64,000 nucleotides of DNA, taken from the NCBI GenBank assembly GCA_036336805.1, contig JAYZFJ010000056.1, positions 5,014-69,013 on the forward strand, given 5' to 3'. Below the pieces are notes generated by a model that was not told where the DNA came from, made no database searches, and saw only the letters and a list, made by a program, of their open reading frames with translations. Positions within the stretch are counted from its first letter, which is position 1; every line of letters starts with the position of its first letter. Position numbers and translations under genes: made by a program. Shown here in pieces: positions 46,925 through 55,390 of the stretch. The stretch comes from Planctomycetota bacterium. Lineage in GTDB: Bacteria > Planctomycetota > Phycisphaerae > Phycisphaerales > SM1A02.

Positions 46925-48484
46925 ATGACCTCCAACGATCCCATCAACGACATCATCAACGGATTCGTGTCCCAGCCGGAGCTCACGGAGTGCTCGGGCT
47001 CGACCCTGAGTCCGGCCCGCGCGAAGATGACGATCGACCGTGATCGACGGTCACATCCCCGCGCATCCACGAGCACCGATGATGATTCGACCCAGGCGTC
47101 GAAGATCCCACCCCTTGGCCTGGAGCTTCTCTTCCTCGGCAACCTGCCGCATTGGGCGAAGCTCTGGGCACCCGAGTACGCCCGTCGGGTCGCCGCCGAG
47201 GATGGTCCGGTCGCGCTCGTCCAGCTCGGGTACAAGACCTGCACGGTGCAGGTCTTCGGGGGCTGCGCCGGGACGACCGATCTTCCGGAAGGCTCCTCCG
47301 ATCGAATCCAGGACATCGTCAACTGGCTCGCCTTGCACGTGAACCGGGTGCTCATCGAACCGCGGGCGCTCGACGACGACGAGACGATTCTGGAGACGGA
47401 GCTCCCCGTCACGATCATGACCGGTGCCGACGAAGCCGCGAAGATCGAGGCCTACCGTCGCTCGAAGGAGCTGGTGGAGGTCGCCCGGGCCGCGGAGTTG
47501 CCCGCGCCCCGGATGGGGATCGTGGTTGCCGGAACTCGGGAATCCGAAGCCCGGATGATCGCCGCCCGCATCGGTGAGACCGCCGAGCGATTCCTGAAGT
47601 TCGCCCTTCCGTTGATTCAGGTCATCCCCTCGATGGGGCCGGATTCGACGGGCTCCAGCGCCGGTGACTGGCACGACGTCGAGGTGGGACAGACCTACGG
47701 AACCGAGCGTTTCGTGGCTGAACTCCGGCGTGCCTCCCTGGACCGGACCTGCGGTTCCTCCGAAGAGCCCGGTGATCTGCCGGAAGCCGAGGCCATCGAA
47801 CTCGCAGCGGGCACGGCCGACGATTTGCTCGACTCCCGTGGAGACGTGACCGAGTCCGCACCCGGACTCGATCCCCTCTCGGGGGTTCTGGAGTCGCTCG
47901 CCGAGGTCCCGGTTGCGGGCCCTGATGCACGCGAGCTTGAAGCATTGCAGGATGAACGTCGTGCACTCGAGGAGCGATTCGAGCCGGTTGCCGCTTCCGA
48001 GGCCGCGCGTCCCACCGAACCTCAGCCCGTTCCCGCGGAAGCCACCACCCGGGTGCTCGAGGACGAAGGGGGCCTTGGCCCCGACGTCGAGCGATCCGAG
48101 GAAGCCTTCGATTCGCGGGGATGCCTCGCCAACCTCATTCCGGGATTGACCGTGATCGATCTGCCCTGTCCGGTCGATCAGCGGATCGAACTCGCGCTCG
48201 ATGAGGATCACCACCTCCACCTCGTCGCGCATGAATCCTCATTCCGTTCGCTGCGAGCGGCGGAAGCCTGGGCGATCACCAACCGAAGCCTCCTCGAGGC
48301 GGTGCTTCCGGGGCTCGCGCCATTCGAGCAGCGGGGGGTCCGCCTCGATCTGCTGGTGGAGGATGCCGCGGAAGCCAGCGACCTCCAGAAGACCGGGCTC
48401 TTCCTGCATCTGCTGGAGGAAGTCGACGGTCGACCTCGCACCCTCGCGCTGAACAACCGGCGCAGTGCCTTGAACCTCGGTTGA
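46925..48484 (+). CDS. hypothetical acidic protein; N-terminal half resembles a ParA/MinD fold with degenerate P-loop
   Basis: ATG 46925 lies 35 nt after the ParA-like gene. LELLFLGNLPHWAKLW...GPVALVQL sits in the Walker-A position, and ELPVTIMTGADEAAKIEAYRRSKELV resembles the MinD/ParA switch region. The C-terminal half is acidic. These similarities were judged by eye only. Confidence 0.55.
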   Translation: MTSNDPINDIINGFVSQPELTECSGSTLSPARAKMTIDRDRRSHPRASTSTDDDSTQASKIPPLGLELLFLGNLPHWAKLWAPEYARRVAAEDGPVALVQLGYKTCTVQVFGGCAGTTDLPEGSSDRIQDIVNWLALHVNRVLIEPRALDDDETILETELPVTIMTGADEAAKIEAYRRSKELVEVARAAELPAPRMGIVVAGTRESEARMIAARIGETAERFLKFALPLIQVIPSMGPDSTGSSAGDWHDVEVGQTYGTERFVAELRRASLDRTCGSSEEPGDLPEAEAIELAAGTADDLLDSRGDVTESAPGLDPLSGVLESLAEVPVAGPDARELEALQDERRALEERFEPVAASEAARPTEPQPVPAEATTRVLEDEGGLGPDVERSEEAFDSRGCLANLIPGLTVIDLPCPVDQRIELALDEDHHLHLVAHESSFRSLRAAEAWAITNRSLLEAVLPGLAPFEQRGVRLDLLVEDAAEASDLQKTGLFLHLLEEVDGRPRTLALNNRRSALNLG

Positions 48485-48494
48485 GTCGTCTTGC

Positions 48495-49517
48495 TCAGGC
48501 CATGGCCGGAACGCGGGCGAGGAAACCACGCCAGGCCCCGCTGCGGAACGAATCGAGCTCATCCTCCGTCCAGCCCTCATCCGCCAGGGCGAGGGCGATC
48601 CGTGCGTAGTCCTCGGGGCGTTCGAGGGATCGCGGCAGTTCCTGCGGCGTGAACCCCCCATCGGCATCACTGCCCAGTCCGATCCGCTCCCGTCCGAAGG
48701 CATCGGCGAGGCAGTGGATGTGATCGATGACGTCCTGCAGTTGTGCGCGGGCGCTTCGAGTGAGGAACCGTCCGTAGAGGTTGATCCCCGCGATCCCTCC
48801 GCGTGAGGCGATCGCTTTCGCGTGGTCGGTTCGGAGGTGCCTGATCGCACCCGTTCCCTCCGGAAGCAGTTTCCTCGCATTGGAATGACTCGAGGCGATC
48901 GGGCCCCTCGCCTCCGCGAGCAGGTCATCCAGCGAGTCGTCCGAAAGATGGGAGACGTCGTGGGCGATGCCCGAGTCGTCGAGTGCGCGGACGAGTTCGC
49001 GGCCCTCCGAAGTCAGTCCGCCCGCCCGCTGGTTTCCCCCGCTGTAGCGAGAACCGTGCGCCCAGGAGAGTCCGACCATCCGCACTCCGCGGGCGGCCCA
49101 GAGCGCGACCTCCTCCGGGGAGCGGATGGGATCCGCGCATTCCATCAGCAACACGACGCCCAGCGGACCGTCGGTGGTCTCCATGCACGCGTCGAGTGCC
49201 CGCCGATCCCTGATGATTCGCACCAGTCCCTGGTGCTCCCATGCCTCGTAGAGTTCGAGTTGTCGCATGCCCGCCCGGTGCGCACCGTCTCGATCCTCGT
49301 GAGTCCCGTAGCCACAGGGGTCGTCCGGTTCGTGGGCGGCGGTGAAGATCGTGGCCAGGCAGCAGCGCACCCGGCCTCGGGCGAGGCTCGGAAAGGTGAT
49401 CGCCGCCTGCCGGGGATCCTCCTCCTCGCGCAGGGTCCGGGTCTCCGGGTGTCGATCCAGTGCCATGTAGGCGAGGTCCAGGTGGCCATCGAGCCAGGGG
49501 GGTGGAGGTGTGGTCAT
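48495..49517 (-). CDS. membrane dipeptidase (peptidase M19)
   Basis: DGHLDLAY, GVRMVGLSWAHGSRYSGG and GIAHDVSHLSD follow the pattern of renal-dipeptidase-family metal ligands. Confidence 0.85.
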   Translation of the reverse strand: MTTPPPPWLDGHLDLAYMALDRHPETRTLREEEDPRQAAITFPSLARGRVRCCLATIFTAAHEPDDPCGYGTHEDRDGAHRAGMRQLELYEAWEHQGLVRIIRDRRALDACMETTDGPLGVVLLMECADPIRSPEEVALWAARGVRMVGLSWAHGSRYSGGNQRAGGLTSEGRELVRALDDSGIAHDVSHLSDDSLDDLLAEARGPIASSHSNARKLLPEGTGAIRHLRTDHAKAIASRGGIAGINLYGRFLTRSARAQLQDVIDHIHCLADAFGRERIGLGSDADGGFTPQELPRSLERPEDYARIALALADEGWTEDELDSFRSGAWRGFLARVPAMA

Positions 49518-49585
49518 GATCGCCTTTCAGCTGCTCTGGGAGGGGGGCATGGAGTCGGGTCGGTGGAGGCGGTATCCTCTCAGGA

Positions 49586-50059
49586 ATGTCGACGTCGTGT
49601 ACCGAACCGCTTCCCGTGCCCGCCTCGCCCGGCGCCCTTCGTCTCAAGAGACGACTGGTGGCGGGGCTCGTGGCGGCGGGCTGCGCGACTCTGCTGCTGC
49701 TGGCAGCCTGGATGCAGCCGTCCTCGGCGGGGTTGGGCACCCACCAGCAGTTGGGGCTCGCCCCCTGCGGTTGGATCGTGTACGGCGGGATTCCCTGCCC
49801 GTCCTGTGGGATGACCACCTCCTTCGCGCATGCCGCCGACGGCAACTTCCTGGGTGCGCTCCAGGCGCAGCCCGCCGGTGCGGTGTTGGCGTTTCTCACC
49901 GCATGCACGCTGGTCATCGCATCCTGGCAGCTGGTCACCGGCGAGCGTCTGCTCGGGTTCTGCACGGACCGCATCGGTGCCCGCTTCTTCATGGGCTTCG
50001 GCGCCCTGGTGGTTCTCGCCTGGATCTACAAGATTCTGGTCTTTCGAGGAGTCCTCTGA
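49586..50059 (+). CDS. DUF2752-like membrane protein
   Basis: The CPSCGMTT motif (CPxCGxT) is flanked by TM helices, as is typical for DUF2752. Confidence 0.65.
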   Translation: MSTSCTEPLPVPASPGALRLKRRLVAGLVAAGCATLLLLAAWMQPSSAGLGTHQQLGLAPCGWIVYGGIPCPSCGMTTSFAHAADGNFLGALQAQPAGAVLAFLTACTLVIASWQLVTGERLLGFCTDRIGARFFMGFGALVVLAWIYKILVFRGVL

Positions 50060-50730
50060 TGTCCCCACGCTTCATTCGATCGGCTCTGCTTCTCTCCCTG
50101 CTCTGCGGCTTAAGTCTGCTGCTCGGCGGGTGCTTCGTCCCCGCCCTGGCGGGCGCGATCGGCCAGAACATCGAGCGCTACAAGAAGATCGAGGTGCTCG
50201 CCGAGTACGAGGGACTGGACAACGAGACCGTCGCCGTCGTGATCCAGTGTGAACCATCGATGCTCTACGAGTATCCGCAGATCTACGGAACGATGGCGAT
50301 GAACATCTCGCGCCGTCTCCAGGAGAACGTCCCCGGCATCAAGGTGCTTGCCTACCAGCAGGTCATGCAGTGGCAGTACCAGACACCGAGCTGGTCGATG
50401 CTCGCCTACGGCGAGATCGCCGAGGAACTCGGGGTCGAACGCGTGGTCCTGGTCGAGGTCTACGAATTCCGCCTCCATCCCGAGGGAAATCGCTACCTGT
50501 GGGACGGAGCCTGTGCGGGATCGGTCGGAGTCATCGAGCGGGATGGCTGGGATCCCGACAGCTTCGCCAAGACCTGGGACATCTCGGTGAAGTTTCCCGA
50601 CGTCACCGGCGTGGGACGAGAAAGCGCCACCGAATCGCAGATCCAGATGGGTGTGCTCGCCAAGTTCGTCGACGAGGTGTCCTGGCTCTTCTACCGCCAC
50701 GTCGAGGACAAGTACCCCGATCAGATCTGA
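50059..50730 (+). CDS. lipoprotein (paralogue 1)
   Basis: The ATG overlaps the upstream stop (TGATG). A lipobox is present (LLLGGC). It is related by eye to the next gene (IAEELGVERVVLVEVYEF vs IAREAGVKQLIFIEIETF). Confidence 0.65.
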   Translation: MSPRFIRSALLLSLLCGLSLLLGGCFVPALAGAIGQNIERYKKIEVLAEYEGLDNETVAVVIQCEPSMLYEYPQIYGTMAMNISRRLQENVPGIKVLAYQQVMQWQYQTPSWSMLAYGEIAEELGVERVVLVEVYEFRLHPEGNRYLWDGACAGSVGVIERDGWDPDSFAKTWDISVKFPDVTGVGRESATESQIQMGVLAKFVDEVSWLFYRHVEDKYPDQI

Positions 50731-50779
50731 TCGGCCCCCCATCCGTCTCCTTCCCTCTCGCCTTCCTCAGCTCCTCCAG

Positions 50780-51508
50780 ATGAAACCAGGTGCCCGAGTG
50801 AACACGAACCCTGCCGCCCAACCCTTCACCGCCACCCTCATCGGCCGCATGGTCGTGGGGCTCCTCCTGAGCGTGGTCATGCTGCTTCCCGCCTGCAACA
50901 TCCTGATCCCCGTCTCCTACGCGATCGATGGGAAGGGGCAGGTCGAGGCGGAGCACGAACTCGAGCAGATCAAGACCCTGGTCTTCGTGGACGACAGCCT
51001 CAACCTGCTGCCCCGGCAGGTGCTGAAGGTGCGCCTGGCCGAGGCGGTGTCCAACGACCTGGTCATCCGGGGGCTGATTCCGAACACCGTCAATCCCGGT
51101 GATGCGATGGCGATGGTCCGTTCGCGGGATCGAAGCGGCCAGCAGATGTCGATGCAGTCGATCGCACGTGAGGCCGGCGTCAAGCAGCTGATCTTCATCG
51201 AGATCGAGACCTTCGAGTCCACCGTGCGCAACACCCAGTTGCGTCCGAACGCCTCCTGCAGCATCCGGGTCATGCACTTCGACAAGGGAGGGCGTGTCTA
51301 CCCCGTGACCTCGATCCAGGGACCGAACAACGCCGGGGACCGCATCGTGGAGGTCCAGCTGCGGGAGGTCGCCCCGGAGAAGGCGATCTCTCCCTCCGAC
51401 CGTCGCAAGGTGGAGCAGCAGCTCATCGGCAAGCTGACCGCTTCGATCGTCAAGCTCTTCCGAAGCTACGATCGCCTCGAACTGGGTGAGAACCTTGGCG
51501 TCAAGTGA
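50780..51508 (+). CDS. lipoprotein (paralogue 2)
   Basis: Internal ATG at 50780. A signal peptide with lipobox is present (MLLPAC). It shares its architecture with 50059..50730. Confidence 0.65.
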   Translation: MKPGARVNTNPAAQPFTATLIGRMVVGLLLSVVMLLPACNILIPVSYAIDGKGQVEAEHELEQIKTLVFVDDSLNLLPRQVLKVRLAEAVSNDLVIRGLIPNTVNPGDAMAMVRSRDRSGQQMSMQSIAREAGVKQLIFIEIETFESTVRNTQLRPNASCSIRVMHFDKGGRVYPVTSIQGPNNAGDRIVEVQLREVAPEKAISPSDRRKVEQQLIGKLTASIVKLFRSYDRLELGENLGVK

Positions 51509-52526
51509 CCTCGGGCTCTCGCGGACTTCCCTGGTTCACCTCGTCGATTCCGAGGCGTTGCCGGGTCGGATCCGTCGGGTTGAACTGATTCGTCGCGGCA
51601 CCGATTCCCCGGTGGTGGTGGTCGGTCCGTTCGAGGGTGAATGCCGCTGCGCGGGATTCGGTTTGCAGGCCCACGGATCATCACTGCCCCGTACCCTCGG
51701 CACCGTGCTTTGCGGTCTCGACGTCGGTCCCGGCCGGGCCCTGCCGTGCAGCTGGTCCTATCGGGTGGCGCGCAGCGTCTCGGAGTTCTGCCGCGAGCAA
51801 CTGCTGATCGCGAGCGGTCCTCCCTCTCCCCTCGCCGTACGCGAGCGCCTGGAGGGACTGTACGTGATCGCTCCCGACGAGTGTTCGGCGAATGCCTGGC
51901 AGCGTCTCGGTGCCCTCGACACCCGGGTGCTCCCGGCGTGCGGTTTTCCCGATCGGGCCCCGACCGTTCCGACCGCTGCGCCGGAGGCCCTGCGGGTCGG
52001 GATCGTCTGCGATGAAGCGCAGACCGAGGAGGAGGCGCTGCTGATGCTGCACCGCTTCGGGGTGGTGGCCCTGACGAAGAAACCCTTCTTCGCTTGTCTC
52101 AGCGCCGACTCGCCGCACGTTGGCGCGATGATGCGCTACGCACGGCACGTCGGCATCGAATCGTCCTTCGAGCTTCTCGATGAATCGGGGTTCCCCGGCG
52201 AGATCGACGTGGCGATGGTGGTGGTGGAGGATGCCGCCCGCTCCAGTGAACAGGTGCTGGATCTGTGCGCCCGGGGGATCGTGGTGATCGCCTACTCCGC
52301 GAGGGCGCCGATCGACGATTCGATCTCGCTGCGGGAACACGGAATCATCGAATGTCCGGCGGGCGTCACCAACGCCGGGTCGGTGCACCTGCTGGCGCTG
52401 CACACCGAGCCCGATCTCCTGGAATCCGCCCGAAAGGCGGCGTTCCGGCTGGGGGTCGGACTGCCCCCCGATGGCTGGAAGGCCCGGTTCGGCGAACTGG
52501 TCGGGTCCCTGATCAGCGGGTCCTGA
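51486..52526 (+). CDS. hypothetical protein, weak GT-B (glycosyltransferase C-terminal half)-like pattern
   Basis: Only a loose resemblance was seen (VLDLCARGIVVIAYSARAPIDDSI...EHGIIECPAG...LLESARKAAFR). The start is uncertain; GTG 51486 overlaps the upstream gene. Confidence 0.4.
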   Translation: MRTLASSDLGLSRTSLVHLVDSEALPGRIRRVELIRRGTDSPVVVVGPFEGECRCAGFGLQAHGSSLPRTLGTVLCGLDVGPGRALPCSWSYRVARSVSEFCREQLLIASGPPSPLAVRERLEGLYVIAPDECSANAWQRLGALDTRVLPACGFPDRAPTVPTAAPEALRVGIVCDEAQTEEEALLMLHRFGVVALTKKPFFACLSADSPHVGAMMRYARHVGIESSFELLDESGFPGEIDVAMVVVEDAARSSEQVLDLCARGIVVIAYSARAPIDDSISLREHGIIECPAGVTNAGSVHLLALHTEPDLLESARKAAFRLGVGLPPDGWKARFGELVGSLISGS

Positions 52527-53619
52527 AGAACGACTCGGCGGCACCGTGGTAGAGCGTCTCGAGGAGCATCGGATCCAGTCCGTGGCAGGTCACCTCGGGT
52601 GCGGCATCCTCGGGGTGGCGTTCGGGATCGACCATGTGAAGGTCGGGATCCACGATCGGTGACTCGAAGCGTCCGGTCTGCTCGAAGAGTCGTCGCAGGG
52701 TCCAGTACCGACTGGCATAGAGGTCGAACGCCTGGTCCTCGCCGCTGGCCTTCATCGCGAGTTCGTTCCCTTCCGATTCCCCGAGGTGGTCGTCCATGGT
52801 CACGATGTCCGATCCGAAGAGGATTCGCCCGCGCCACTTCGTCATGAACTGGGTAAATGCTCCGGTGTCCTGTCCCCCCAGTTCCCGCAGCATCCACTTG
52901 CACGCACTGGTGTCCAGGTGCAGGTTCGGGTGGCGTTCCAGCAGGCGATCCAGGAACTCGAGATCCTCGGGGAATCCCCCCATGTGCGCGGCGATCCACG
53001 GACCTTCGAAGGCATCAAGCATCCGCTCGAGGGGACGATACTGGTCGAGCTTGGTGCCGTACCTGGCGGAGTCGGTGTACCTGGCCTTGAACCAGGTGTT
53101 GGGGTCCGCGACGTGGGTCATGATCGCCATGCCGAGTTCGCTCGCCAGGCGTGCGGCCTCACGGTACATCGGTGAATCGAGTTTCAGGGCGCCCGGGTGT
53201 CCCAGCTCCTCCTCGGCGTCGCGCATTCGGGGAGCGGCGAAGAGCTTCACGATGCCCGCTCCCAGCTCCCGGAATCGTTCGATGCGGTGGAGGAAGTCCG
53301 ATCCCATTGCCTCCATCCGATCCGGATTCGACCAGTCGGGGACCGCATTGAAGCGGATCATGTCTCCGAGGACCTCCCGGACCTCGGGGACCGCCTCCAA
53401 TCGTGTCATCGAGTAGACCCGCGTCACTCCGAAGAGCCGAGCGGCCCGGGCGTAGATCGCGGCACTGCGCGGCCCCCCGATGTGGGCGTGGACATCGATG
53501 ATCTCACAGGGTGGGGGGGGCATCCGCCCGGCCTCGGCGGCGTAGTCGTCACCGAAACGGTTGCTCGGGCCGGTTCGTCGGGCGGGTGGGGCAGGGTGGT
53601 CGGTGGCGGGGTCGGTCAT
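52513..53619 (-). CDS. amidohydrolase-family (TIM-barrel metal-dependent hydrolase) protein
   Basis: The IIDVHAHIG metal-binding HxH motif is present near the N-terminus. The length and alternating pattern fit amidohydrolase_2. Confidence 0.7.
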   Translation of the reverse strand: MTDPATDHPAPPARRTGPSNRFGDDYAAEAGRMPPPPCEIIDVHAHIGGPRSAAIYARAARLFGVTRVYSMTRLEAVPEVREVLGDMIRFNAVPDWSNPDRMEAMGSDFLHRIERFRELGAGIVKLFAAPRMRDAEEELGHPGALKLDSPMYREAARLASELGMAIMTHVADPNTWFKARYTDSARYGTKLDQYRPLERMLDAFEGPWIAAHMGGFPEDLEFLDRLLERHPNLHLDTSACKWMLRELGGQDTGAFTQFMTKWRGRILFGSDIVTMDDHLGESEGNELAMKASGEDQAFDLYASRYWTLRRLFEQTGRFESPIVDPDLHMVDPERHPEDAAPEVTCHGLDPMLLETLYHGAAESFFRTR

Positions 53620-53642
53620 CGCACCGGAATGGTAGCAGCGAC

Positions 53643-54185
53643 TCAGTGTCCCTCGGCGACCAGTTCGTGAAGTTCATCCTCGACCTCGATGGCCAGGAGT
53701 TCCTCCCGCAGGCTGGGACCTTCCAGCTCCTCCTCGAAGAGACCGTCCCGGTTGATTCCGGCCGCGACGATGTTCCCCACGTACAGCTCGCAGTCGGAGT
53801 CGATGTCGATGTGCCTGGCCAGTTCACACTCGAACCACGCCACCGAGTCCTGCAGGACCGGGATGTCGTTCGGGGTGTAGTCGATCTGCAGGCCGATGAA
53901 GGGATTGATCGAGTCCACGCTGGAGTGGACGAATCGCCGCACCTGGGCGCGGGATCGTCGGTCGATGATCGCCACCGCGAATCGACGACTGTCGCGAATG
54001 AGGGGGCTGAGGATCTGGCCCTTGCGGGTCGACATGACCAGGGTCGGGGGGGTGTGGCCACCCTGCATGACGAACTCTGCAAGCACGCCGTTGCTTCGCC
54101 CCTCGCTGGTCGCGGTCACCAGGAAGTTTCCCGCCGGGAAGGCCCTCAGTGCTTCTTCAATAGCGACTCCGCATGCCTGGATCAT
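53643..54185 (-). CDS. flavin reductase-like (FMN-binding split-barrel) protein
   Basis: FPAGNFLVTATSEGRSNGVLAEFVMQ...PTLVMSTRKG...FAVAII... is typical of the Flavin_Reduct domain. Confidence 0.75.
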   Translation of the reverse strand: MIQACGVAIEEALRAFPAGNFLVTATSEGRSNGVLAEFVMQGGHTPPTLVMSTRKGQILSPLIRDSRRFAVAIIDRRSRAQVRRFVHSSVDSINPFIGLQIDYTPNDIPVLQDSVAWFECELARHIDIDSDCELYVGNIVAAGINRDGLFEEELEGPSLREELLAIEVEDELHELVAEGH

Positions 54186-54353
54186 TCTTTCGCCTCACAA
54201 CTGATGACGGTGGTGTGTCAGGCGATGGATGGACTCGATCGCCTTGATTTTTTTTCAAAATCAGCCAATGCATCTGATCCCTTGCTGGACAAGGGCTTAC
54301 GACAATATCAGTAGACCAGATATCTCGTTTTTTGGGACCAGTAATCTTGCAGA

Positions 54354-54398
54354 AGGGGGAATAGTGGGTAGAAATGTTGAATGGTGGGGCAAAGTGGG
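54354..54398 (+). promoter_or_regulatory. putative MraZ operator: 10-bp-phased GTGGG direct repeats upstream of mraZ
   Basis: GTGGG occurs at 54364-54368, 54384-54388 and 54394-54398. A degenerate AGGGG sits at 54354-54358. All are in 10-nt register. They overlap a possible promoter (TTGCAG-N16-TAGAAA) and lie 46-90 nt upstream of the mraZ start. Confidence 0.55.
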
Positions 54399-54443
54399 TT
54401 ATTGTCCTCCTGTTCCCGGACTTCATTCATGAGGTACTGATGC

Positions 54444-54917
54444 GTGTTCTTTCTCGGCGAATACGAGCATTCAATCGACGCGAAACAGCGGCTGGCCATC
54501 CCCGCCGAGGTGCGCGACATGCTCCATCCCGAGATTCACGGATCGGCCTTCGTCGCGGCTCCGGGCGGCAATGGATCCCTCTGGCTCTGGCCGGCCAAGA
54601 CCTTCGAAACCCTCTCCAAGGAACTGGCCGGTTCGCTCCTGGGCAACGACGACCTCGACGACTTCGAACGCCTGGTCTACTCCCAGTCCGCTCGCGTCCC
54701 GCTGGATTCCGCCGGACGCATCCGGATCCCCGCCCGCCTGCTCGAGCAGTACGGCCTGGGGGGATCGGTGATGGTGCTGGGGGTACGGGATCATCTGGAA
54801 CTCATGACACCGGAGGCCTGGCGCGAGGAACAGTCGCGCCTGGAACCGGCTCGAACCGACATCTGGCGACGTGCCCGGCAGGCCATGGCCGAACGTCGCC
54901 CCAACAAGGACCAATGA
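54444..54917 (+). CDS. mraZ: transcriptional regulator MraZ
   Basis: GTG start with GAGGT 8 nt upstream. MFFLGEYEHSIDAKQRLAIPAEVR and a second SpoVT/AbrB-like repeat LDSAGRIRIPARLLEQ give the canonical duplicated DxxxR motif. Confidence 0.92.
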   Translation: MFFLGEYEHSIDAKQRLAIPAEVRDMLHPEIHGSAFVAAPGGNGSLWLWPAKTFETLSKELAGSLLGNDDLDDFERLVYSQSARVPLDSAGRIRIPARLLEQYGLGGSVMVLGVRDHLELMTPEAWREEQSRLEPARTDIWRRARQAMAERRPNKDQ

Positions 54918-55275
54918 GCATGACGATGTCTGGACATCATCTTCAGGCTCGGAATCGTGTCGACCCGCGTTCATGGACGGATCGCGGGCTCGACCGGGGA
55001 AACATCGAGAGGCTTTGTGAAACTCGCGTTGGAACGGACTCCAGTTTCCAGCCATGGACGGCTGACGCTCTCGATGACTGCCCGATTCGGGTGGGCAGAT
55101 CCGGCGTGTATCACTGAATTCCCCGTGTTTCTGGAAGCCTCGTGCTTCCTCACTCACCGGTCGGCACGGACGGCCACCCGGTGATCGGATCCCTCGGATC
55201 CGGCAATCAGTGGTCTCGAGCGATTTGATGCGAGACCCCGCGATCCAGGGTGTTGTTCGGATCGACGACTCCTCA

Positions 55276-55307
55276 ACGAACTCGGTGACCGCCGTCACCG
55301 AGTTCGT
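55276..55307. terminator. perfect 14-bp GC-rich hairpin downstream of csrA (terminator-like, no U-tract)
   Basis: acgaactcggtgac-cgcc-gtcaccgagttcgt, lying between the convergent genes mraZ and csrA. Confidence 0.4.
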
Positions 55308-55328
55308 TCATTTCCCGGACGTTGAAAG

Positions 55329-55353
55329 CGCCCATCGGTGGCACCGATGGGCG
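55329..55353. terminator. perfect 12-bp palindromic hairpin 38 nt downstream of the csrA stop
   Basis: cgcccatcggtg-g-caccgatgggcg. The apical pairs must open to form a loop. Confidence 0.4.
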
Positions 55354-55390
55354 ATCGTGAATCGTCGAGTCGTGAAGCGGGGAGGTGGGC

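Noticed and set aside
54914-55117. A 67-aa ORF (MSMTMSGHHLQARNRV...) whose ATG overlaps the mraZ stop (ATGA), which could suggest translational coupling or an rsmH remnant.
   Set aside because: Hand-counted GC3 is only ~61%, against ~77-78% for neighbouring real genes. It shows no similarity to RsmH N-terminal motifs and has an Arg/Asp-rich, odd composition.
54918-55390. Apparent enrichment of GGA motifs (about 14 on the plus strand) next to csrA, suggesting a CsrB/RsmY-like CsrA-sponge RNA.
   Set aside because: This is only about 2-fold over my composition-based expectation. A similar number (~10) occurs on the opposite strand. The motifs are not consistently placed in hairpin loops. The evidence is insufficient.
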